Shown in pieces: positions 39,629 to 64,000 of a DNA stretch of 64,000 nt; the stretch's first letter is position 1; each line of letters begins with the position of its first letter. Source of the stretch: Scenedesmus sp. PABB004 (lineage: Eukaryota); assembly GCA_014905635.1 (NCBI GenBank), contig JABVCE010000002.1, positions 992,001 to 1,056,000 of the forward strand. The letters are read 5' to 3'. Made by a program: the position numbers and the translations under genes. The notes below the pieces were generated by a model, which searched no databases, was not told where the DNA came from, and was given only the letters and a program-made list of their open reading frames with translations.

Positions 39629-42498
39629 ATGCGGCCGGGCGAGGGCCTGCACGGCTTCGAGGCCGACATCAACGCCGCGCTGGACGCGTACGCGCTGCAG
39701 GTGAGCCCTGGGCGGCGGGGCGGGGCGCCAGCGTGGCGCCAGGCGCCCGGACGAGGCACCGCGCCCGCGCGCCGGCGGCGCCGGCGCCCGGCGGGGCGGC
39801 GGCGGCGGCGGGCCGCTGCTCTGACGGCGCCGGCGCGCGGCCGCAGGTGCACCTGGAGGGCTGCCTGTCCTTCCTCACCTTCAAGCACCTGTTCCAGGGG
39901 CACTGCCTCGCCCTGCTGCACCAGGCGCGGCGCGCCGCCGGCAGCGGGGCGCGCGACGGCGCGGCGGCCGCGGCCGCGGCTGCTGCTCACGCGCGCCCGC
40001 CCGCCTGACCGCACAGGCCTACCCCGGCGCGGAGCGCAACCCTGAGTACGTGCAGCTGCTGTTCGCGACGGCGCTGGAGCGCCTGGACGTGCCCAGCCCG
40101 ACCGCGCCGCCGGACTCGCCGCTGTGGCAGCTGCACGTCGACCGCGCCGCCGAGGCGCATGGCGCCGCAGCCGCTGCGGCCGCGGCGCAGGGCCAGCAGC
40201 AGCAGGGCCAGCAGCAGCTGGAGGAGCAGCAGGAGGCGGGGGAGGGGCAGCAGCACGGGGGGCAGCCGCAGGAGGCGCAGCAGCCGCAGGAGGAGGCGCT
40301 GAGCTGCGAGACGTCCGACGTGCAGCGCAGGGCGAACAACCTGCAGTGGCTTGACGCGCCCCCGCGCGCGCAGCCGCGAGGCCAGCCGGTGCCGTCGCCG
40401 CGGCTGCAGGCGCTGCTGGGGCAGGCGCAGCGGTCGCAGGCGCTGCCGGGGCAGGCGCCGTTGGAGCCCCGGGACGCGCAGCCGCAGGACGGAGAGGCGG
40501 AGCCGCAGCTGCAGCTGCTGCAGTCGCTGCTGGAGGCGCCGGCGACGCCGTCGCGGCTGCAGGAGCAGCCCGCGGACGCTGAGCAAGCGCAGCCGGCGCA
40601 GGCCCAGGCGGCGCCGTCGCCGCTGGTCGACCTGCTGGGCGACCTGCCGGGCGGCGGCCTGCACTCGCCGCTGCTGGCGCCCCAGCCGCCGCCGGGGACG
40701 ACCTGGCGGAGCTGCCCGACCTCGACCAGCTGCTGCGCCCGTCGCCGCTGGTGGGCCCCGGGCAGCCGTCGCCGGGGAAGCAGCCGCCGGCGCTGGCGCT
40801 GGCGCCGCCGGCGGCGGCGGGGCAGCAGCAGGCGCAGGCGGGGGAGCGGGCGCAGGCGCAGGCGCCGGAGCCGTCGCAGGCGCTGCTGCTGCCGACGCCC
40901 GCCCAGGACGCGGGCGAGTGGCTGCCGCCGCTGACCGACGCGAGCCTGGGACCGGCGGAGGAGGAAGAGGAGGAGGAGGAGGAGGACTTTCTGAATGACC
41001 TGCTCGCCATTTTTGACGAGGCGGAGCGCGGCGACGACGACGGCGGCGCGCCGCTCGCGCTGCCCGCGCCGCCGCCGACCGGCCAGGAGGAGCAGCAGCG
41101 GGGGGCGGGCGCGGCTGCGGCCGAGGCTGCGCCGGCAGCCGCGCCGGCGGCGGCGGGGCCGCACGCCACCGCGCAGCCGGCGCCCGGGCAGGCGGAGCGC
41201 ATGGAGCCGGCGGAGACGCCACCGGCGGCCGGCGCGCTGGTGGCGTACTGCCCCCCGCCGCCGCCGCTGCGCGTACCGGTGGCGGTCAAGGCGGGCGTGG
41301 TGTTCATGCTGCACTGCCTGTTTGAGACGCAGCTCGCGCGGCCGCGCTGCCTCGCGTACGTGTCGCTCGGCCAGCTCGAGCTGCTGCGCGGCGCGGCGGC
41401 CGAGTTCCGCGCTGCCGGCGAGCCCGCGGTCGACGCGCTGCTGGTGCTGAGGAAGCTGCTCTCGCAGGACCGCCTGCTCGTGGGCGCGTTCCGGCGCCCG
41501 CGGCAGTGGCAGCCGGCGCTGCCGGCGTGGCTGGCGCCGCCGCCGCTCGACCTGGGCCTCGGCGCGGCGGCCAACCGCGCGGCGGCGCGCGCGCGCGGCG
41601 AGGTGTCGCGCGTCGCCGCGGTCGTGGCGGCCGCGTCGGCGGCGCGCAGCCTGCGCAGCCTGCGCGCGCAGCGCGGCGGCGGCCAGCCGACGAGCCGGCA
41701 GAAGCAGGCGGCGGCGGTCGAGAGCGACGTGCACCGCGAGGCCATGTTCCACATCAAGACCGCGCTGCGCAGCCTGTCCAACTTCAAGGCCCTGCAGCAG
41801 CTCTGCACGCGCTACGCCGACGCGCGGCGCGCGATCTTTGAGCCGCTGCTGGACATCGTCGAGCCGCGCCCGCCGGCGCCGGCGCCGCCGGAGGAGGCAG
41901 AGCCGGCGGCGGCGGGCGGCGCCACGCGCAACGGCGGCGGCGGCCGGCGGCGCGGCCGCGCGGCGCCGCAGGAGCGCGAGGCGCCGCCGGCGCAGACGCC
42001 CGCCCAGGCGGCGGGCGTGCGCGGTCGGGAGCCGCCGGAGCTGTTCGAGCGTGCGTTTGGCTCCGAGCTGCAGGCACTGGCGAGCGAGGAGGCGGCGCGC
42101 ATGATGCTGCTGCTGGACCCTGACGCCGACCCCGGCCGGGCCAAGAGCCGCGCCGCGAAGCGCCGCCAGCGCGAGGCCCTCGGCGCCGAGGCCGAGGCCG
42201 AGCGCGGCGGCGACGCCGCCGCCGCCGCCAAGCGCGGCAGGGGGCCAGGCCGCGAGCGCCGCAGCCGCCGGGCGCGCTGGCGCACGCGGCGGACGTCGAG
42301 TCGGCGGGCATCTTTGCGCCCGGGGAGCTCGCGGAGCTGCGCGAGGGCGCGGGCAGCGCGGACGGGCTCGGCGGCGCGCGCCAGGTGCTCGCGCTCGCCG
42401 CGCAGCGCCAGGCGCGCACGCTCGAGGTGGCGGAGCACTGGTTCAGCGCGCACGACGCGCTCATGGTCCGCCGCGGCGGCGGCGCGGACATGCCGTGA
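39629..42498 (+). CDS. snRNA-activating protein complex subunit 1 (SNAPC1/SNAP43)-like; two apparent 1-nt frameshifts
   Basis: N-terminus FEADINAALDAY...SFLTFKHLFQGHCLALLH...EYVQLLFATAL. After a long insertion: KAGVVFMLHCLFETQ...DALLVLRKLLSQDRLLVGA. The frameshift-corrected frame ends GGGADMP* at 42498. Confidence 0.7.
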
Positions 42499-42961
42499 GC
42501 GAGCGGCGGCGGTAGGGTCGGGCGTGCGCGCCGCGGCTGCTCTGAGACACGAGCCCCGCACGGCCCGCGCGCGTGAGCGAGGTGGAGGCGTGTTGCGACG
42601 AGTTGCGCAGGAAAAGCGCAAGCGTCACTGCAGACGGCTCGCCGCTGCCGCCGCTGCCGCCGGCGCCGGCAGGGCGCCAGCTTGCCCCCACGCGCGGGTG
42701 TCGACGCCAGTCACGGGCGCCCCACCGACGACTGTGTCGCGACCACGCGCAGCCTTGTTACTCGCGAGCCGCGCGCTGGCCCCCGCGAGCCGCGCGCTGG
42801 CGTCGAGCTCGGCGGCCCCCGGCCTCACGGCGCGTCCACTCCACGCTCCCCTCAAGCCACACACGCGGACCCCGGCAGCAGCGCCGCGCGAGCAGCGCGC
42901 GCCGCACCCGCATGCCCGCGCGGGCGCGCTAGGCGGCCTCCCGCAGCGCGGCGGCGGCGCC

Positions 42962-45900
42962 ATGGAGTGCCCGGCGAGCGGCCCGAGCGGCCGGAGCAGC
43001 AGTGAGAAGACGGCCGTGCGCGTCGTGGGCGCGGCGGCCATCCTGGCCCTGGCCGCGCTGCTGTGGCAAATCCTGTGGCCGCTGCGCTGGTCCCTGGTCG
43101 CCCTGTGGCTGGCCGTGGAGGCGGGATTCTACACCTTCCACTGGAAGCCGCGCTACGCGGCCCTGGACGCGCAGCCCCGCCCGCACCACCGCCCGACCGC
43201 CAACGACGCCATGCGCGCCTTCCGGCGCTGCCTCCAGTACTTCAGGGAGACGCCCGGCATCGACCGCGAGACGTACTACTCGGGCTGGTTCATGGGCGCC
43301 AAGTTTCAGGACATCAGGCGTGGTGCGCGCCATCCCAGCCCCCGCCCGCGCGCGTGGGGTGCCGCGCCGCCCTGGCCGCCCGCCCGGGAGCTGCGTGGGG
43401 GAGGCGCGCAGCTGGAGCGCTGGACGTCGCAGCGCCGCGCCGCGCCTGGGCGCGGCCGAGCTCGTTCCCGCGCTCGCTGCTGCTGCCGCGCGCAGACAAT
43501 GCCGAGGAGTTCATGGCCTACGCCTTCTGGTACCGCACCCTGTGAGCTGCGGCGGGGCCCGGGAGCGCGATCCCGCGCCCGCCAGGGGCGCCGGCGCGCC
43601 GCGCCGCGACAGGCTGGCGGCGGCGGCCAGCGAGCAGCGGCGGGCAGCAGCCGCGACGCCCGCCAGCGGCCGCAGCGCCCGCCTGCCCACGCGCCGCCGC
43701 CACGGCCGCGGCCGCCGCCGCGCAGGCAGGAGATGCGCGACGAGGGCCGCGGCGACGTGCCGCGCCAGATGGTGGACGAGCTGGAGGACGCGTGGGGCCT
43801 GAAGCTCGCGCCCGGGCACACGCCCGGCCTGCGCTTCATGGGCCACCTGTGGGAGCCGCTCAAGGCGTCGTGGCGCCCGCTCGCGTTCTACGCCGCCACC
43901 GAGTCGGCCGGCTGGTTCGCGCGCCAGATGCTGCGGCGCTGGGGCTTTGAGCAGCACACGCACCAGTGCGTCTCGGGGGCGCCGACGCGCCCGCGCCGCG
44001 GGCGCCGAGTCGCCCGCTGCCACACGCTCACGCGCGCCGCACGCTCACGCCCGCCACTGCCGCCGCGCGCTGCCGCGCCGCCAGGGGCATGGCCTACTTC
44101 ACGCTGAACATGCGGACCAAGGCCGAGCGCGCGGCCGCGGCCGCGGCCGCGGCCGCGCGCAGCGCGCCGTCGTCGTCGTCCAGCTGCTCGGCGCTGTCCA
44201 CGATCAGCGACAAGGACTCGGAGGGCTCCGCCGCGAGCGGCGGCGCGGCGGGCGGCGCCGAGGCGGCGCCGCCGGGCGGCCCCGCGGCGGCCAAGTCTGC
44301 CAAGTCGTCGCCGCCCGACTGCATGGCCGCGTACGCGGCGGCAGCGGCCGCCGCGGCGGCCGAGGACGCCGGCGACGCGGCGCCGGGCGGCAGCAGCGGC
44401 GGTGCGGCGGCGGCCATGGCGCGGGCCAAGTCGTCGCCTTTTGCCGCGGCCGGCTTTGACGTCGCCGCGCAGCTGGCCGGCGACGCCGAGCTGCTCGCCG
44501 CGAGCATCGCGGCCGCGTCGGCGGTGCACGTGCCGCCGCCGTCGGCGCCGTCGCTCACGCCCCGCACCGTGGCGCCGGCGCCGCCGCGGCGCGCGGGGCG
44601 CGCGCCGGGCGCGCGGCGCCGCGCCGCGGCCGCCGCGGGCGCGTCGGCGGCGCACGCGGCGCTCACGCCGTACCTGTCCACGCACACGAGCGCGATGCTG
44701 CGCGCGCTGCCCAACCCGCTGGAGGCGCTCGAGTGCGGCCTGGGCGGCAAGGACATGCCCATCCTCTTCCTGCACGGCGTCGGCGGCCTGCCGGCGTATT
44801 TGGAGATGATGCTGCAGGCACGCCGCCACCGCCGCGTCCAGAGGGGGGGGGGGGGGGGGCGAAGGGCGGGACGGCGGCGCGCGCGCACGCTGGGGGCGCC
44901 TGGCTTGGCGCTTTAGCTCGAGCCCTGAGCCGCCGCCGCGCCGCAGGTGATGGCGCTGGGCCACCCCGTGATCGTCGTCGAGTGCACCGCGGTCGCGATG
45001 CGCCTCGCGCCGGTCCAGACCGCCGACGCCGTGGTCGAGAGCGTGGTCGGCATCCTCGACCGCCTCGGCGTGGACACCGCCTGCGTGATCGGGCACTCCT
45101 ACGGTCAGTCGCGGCGCGCCGCCCGCCCGCCGCCGCCCTCCCAGCTCGCCGCGCGGCGCGGCGCTCGCCGCGCGCGGCCCGCGGCCCGTGCCGACGTGCC
45201 CGCCGCGCCCGCCGCCGCCAGGCACGTTCATCGCGGGCCGCCTCGCGCGGCTGCACCGCAAGCGCGTGCACAGCCTCTGCCTCATCGACCCCGTGTGCTT
45301 CGGCATGGTGCGCCCGCCGCCGCCGGGGAGGCTCGCGCTCGGCCCCGGGAGCCTGGCGCCGCCGCGGCTGGCGCGCGCCCCTCTCAGCAGCGCGTGCGCG
45401 CGCCGCCGCCGGCTGCGCCGGCCCGCAGTTCATGCCCCAGCTGCTCTCAAACTTCCTCTACAACAAGCCGCAGTGGAAGGGCCTGCACCAGTGCGTCGCC
45501 CGCGCCGCGGCCGCAGGCGCCCGGGCTGGACTGGCGCGCGCCGCGCGCGCCGCCCGCGCGCGCGCCGCCCGCGCCGCCCACCCCGCCGCCGCCGCCGCTG
45601 TGGCCGCCGCGTCGCGCGCAGCGTGGTGGACTACATGAAGAAGTCTGGCGTCTACATGGCCAGCCACGAGCTGCACGTCTGCGCGACCTTCTCGCGCGGC
45701 TTCTTCTGGTCCGACCTCAACCTCTGGCCCGAGGACCTCGCGCCCGGCAGCGTCGTGCTGCTCAGCGGGCGGGACGACCTCATGGACGCGCGGCAGGTGC
45801 AGACCATGCTCGAGCGCGCGGGCCACGTCAAGGTGCGGCGCGCCCCGGCGGGGCGCTGCGGCCCGTGCGGCGGGGGGCCGCCGCACGGGCTGGCCCGCCG

Positions 45901-46832
45901 CCGCGCGCCGCCTGCCCCCGACGGCCCGAGCGCCAGCCGTCGCGGCCGTCATCATGGCCACCGCTGGGCCGCAGGTTCACTTCAACTCGGACCTCACGCA
46001 CGGCGAGTTCCTGATCAAGTCGGAGGTGAAGCAGGCGATCATGGCGGAGCTGCGCGGCATGCTCGCGCGCAGCGGCAGCGCGGTCGTCGGCCTCGCGCGC
46101 CCCGTGCTGGAGACGACGATGACGCTCGCGCGCGGCGCGCGCGCCGCGGCGCTCGGCGCGAGCTCCACCGTCGTGCTCCACACCGCGCGCGGCGGCACCA
46201 AGTACGTGGAGGACCACACCAACCGCCTCGTGCGCACCTTCACCGGCAACCTCACCTCGCTGCTGCACAACCTCGGCACCGCGCGCAGCAGCGGCAGCGG
46301 CAGCGCGACCGGCGGCGCAGGCGGCGCCACGCCGCGCGCGAGCGGCGACAGCGGCGCGGCCGGCGGCGGCCGCGGCGCCGCCGCCGCCGCCGGGCGCAGC
46401 CGCCTCGCGCCGCGCCGCGACGCCAGCAAGAGCGTGGGCGGCCTCGGCGCCGCCGGCGGCGGCGCCGCGGCGCTGCCAGGGCGCGCGCTCGCCGCGGCGG
46501 GCGGCCTCGCGACCGCGTTTTCGCTGCCGGTGCGGCGCACGCTCGGCGGCAAGCTGGCGGGCCGGCTGCTCGGCGGCGAGGCCCCCGCGTCGCCCACCGC
46601 GGGCAGCCCCGGCAGCCCACGCAGCCCGCGCAGCCCGCGGCGCGTGCAGCACGCGGCGGTGATGAGCGGCCTGCGCGGCGCGCTGGCGCGCGGCAAGGCG
46701 CCCGCCGCGGCGGCGGCGCACGAGGGCCGCCGCAGCAGCGGCTCGGGCGGGCGAAAGGTCACCGCGCTGGGCGACGGCGTGCAGGTCATCGCCGGCGGCT
46801 CGATTCCCGAGGGCCACGAGGGCGCGGAGTGA
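42962..46832 (+). CDS. Membrane-anchored alpha/beta hydrolase
   Basis: Hydrophobic N-terminal segments, PILFLHGVGG, nucleophile elbow VIGHSYGT across an intron, LCLIDPVCF, VLLSGRDDL, THGEFL. TGTAA at 47417. Confidence 0.87.
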
Positions 46833-47727
46833 GAGGGCGCGGGATCGGGCGCCTGAAAGCTCGACGGACGCGCTGCACTGCGGTGTGCGGGCCGAGGGTG
46901 GGCCGAGCGCACGGCCGGGGCCTGGCCAGGCCCGCGGGCTGAGCACGTGTGTTGCTGGCGGGGCTGCAGCCAGCCCGCCAGCTGTAGCTAGCTCGCTGTC
47001 AGCCAGCCAGTGTCTGTACAGGTGTGTGTGTGTGTGTGCGGCGGGGGTGGGGGGATCTCCCCCAGAGGGTTTGGACCGCGTGCCTGTCAATGCTCTCTCT
47101 GTCAGCCCGCAGGGCTCCGGCCGAAGCCCGGCGCCCGCCGCGGCGCACTGCGCACCGCCCGGCCGGCCCTGCAACACCGGGCCGCGCCGTTTTGGGCGGG
47201 TCCGTCCAGGCGCGGCCGGCTGCGAGACGCCGGCCGCGTGGTGGGTTCGCTCCACTGGTCGCTCATCCGTCACGACTGCCGGCCACATGACGCCGCACTG
47301 CAACGTGCGCGACTGCCAAGAGAACCCCGGGCGGCTGCGCTGTCTGACGCTGCCCCTTGCTGACCGGTCAGCGAGGGCTGACCGACCAAGGCATGGCCGT
47401 CGCATCGGCCGCTCGCTGTAAACTCTCTCGGACGCGGCGGCGTTTACCAGGCAGAGGCACCGGTCCAGCGCAGCAGGCTCGCGGGCGGCAGCTCGGCCCT
47501 GCGGCCCCGCGGCACGCGGCAGCGCAGTGGGGGTCGGTCACAGCTGTGGGCGGGGCCGCGCGCCGCCCCCGCTGACGACCGCGCGCTCACCTGGCGGTGG
47601 GAGCCGTGGCGGGCAGCGGGCAGCGTGCGCTGCCCAGGGGTGGTGGTGGTGGTGCGCGCCGGCGGCGCGGCTGGCAGCGCGGGGCGCGGCCAGGCGAGGG
47701 AGCGGGGTGCAGCGGCGCCGGCGCCGC

Positions 47728-48237
47728 TCAGTCGGCGTGCGCACGGCCGTCGCCCGGCACTGCGGCGCCGCCGTCCGCCGCAAAAACAAAGCCCTTGGCC
47801 GCCAGCGCCGCCCGGGCGCGGCGGATGTCCTGCGCGGCACGCGGGCGAGCGTCGTCGGCGGCGGCGGCGACGCGCGGCTGCCGCGCTCGCGCGCTCGCCC
47901 TTTGCGCCGCGGCCGCTGCGGTGCCACACCTCGTGCAGCGCGGCCGCCTCCTCGGGGCAGCTGCGGAAGGTCAGCACGCCGTAGACGAGCAGGGCCAGCA
48001 TGTAGGCGCCCAGCGCGGCGGCCGCGAGCAGCGGCGCCTGCGGCAGCAGCGGCGGTGCACGGCGCCCGGCCGTCGGCCGCCGCCGGCGGCGCGCCGCTGC
48101 CGCCGGCGGCCCGGGCCCCCGCCACGCACCGCCAGGACCAGGCCCCGCGCGGGCCAGGGCAGCGCCAGGCGCAGGGCAGCAGCCCACGCCGCAGCAGCCA
48201 GGCCGGCGCCGGCCGCCAGGCGCACGCTGCGCTTCAT
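47728..48237 (-). CDS. DPM3: Dolichol-phosphate mannosyltransferase subunit 3; 3 exons
   Basis: Two hydrophobic helices followed by YGVLTFRSCPEEAAALHEDIRRARAALAAKGF, the DPM3 C-terminal pattern. Confidence 0.88.
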
Positions 48238-48623
48238 CGGCCCGGTGCGGAGGTGGAAGGCGTGCTGATCTCGATGACGGGCCCACGCCACGCCCTTCAG
48301 GCTCAGCGGCGGCGGGGAGCGAGCGCTGTAGTTTGTGCGCGTCCGTCCGTCCGTCGCCACTGCGACCGCAGCAGGCGGGTCGGGGCCGAGGGAGTGGCGG
48401 GCCGGTGGTGGGGGGCCCGCGGAGGTCGGGGCGTGCACCCTGCGCCGCGCGGCACCGCCGCCAGCAACGACGGGCGCCCTTGACTGCGCCCCGCCACGCG
48501 CCGCGGCACTCCGAGCGGCCCGCACCCGCGCCGGCGAGCTCGAGCCACGCCACGCCATGACCCCCGGACCAGCCGCCGCCCCCCGCAGCCGGCACGGCGC
48601 GCGCGCGTGAGCAGCAGCGCAGC

Positions 48624-64000
<15,377 letters not shown>

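Noticed and set aside
40751..44107. 1118-aa ORF that appears to fuse SNAPC1 with the alpha/beta hydrolase
   Set aside because: Artefact of the frameshift at 42240-42244 plus stop-poor GC-rich intergenic DNA. The corrected SNAPC1 stops at 42498 and the hydrolase has its own ATG at 42962.

Overview
Extremely GC-rich eukaryotic nuclear DNA with dense genes and many short introns. TGTAA poly(A)-type signals and the gene content point to a chlorophyte green alga (Chlorophyceae, possibly Sphaeropleales; inference). The ORF track is mostly misleading here, so I rebuilt gene models by hand from splice sites and protein motifs. Sixteen genes are supported, in order: a POLN-like family A DNA polymerase (5' truncated), an SVIP-like microprotein, an At4g24610-family protein, an Acl4-like TPR protein, an unknown KOW-like protein, pyruvate kinase, EMC8/9, a DnaJ-type zinc-finger protein, a USP22/UBP22-like deubiquitinase, a U2AF65-like protein, a secreted glucose/sorbosone dehydrogenase, SMC3, SNAPC1, an alpha/beta hydrolase, DPM3, and a DNAH1-type axonemal dynein heavy chain (3' truncated). 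Main observations: (1) two tandem near-perfect hairpins (40 and 46 bp) in the unusually long first intron of pyruvate kinase, with G-U bias on the transcribed strand, a candidate intronic miRNA cluster or splicing-control structure; (2) about a quarter of dynein introns use GC donors, and introns lack U-rich polypyrimidine tracts; (3) the U2AF65-like protein lacks RRM2; (4) six apparent single-base deletions in G/C runs, probably assembly errors. No tRNA, rRNA, CRISPR array or transposase was recognised.
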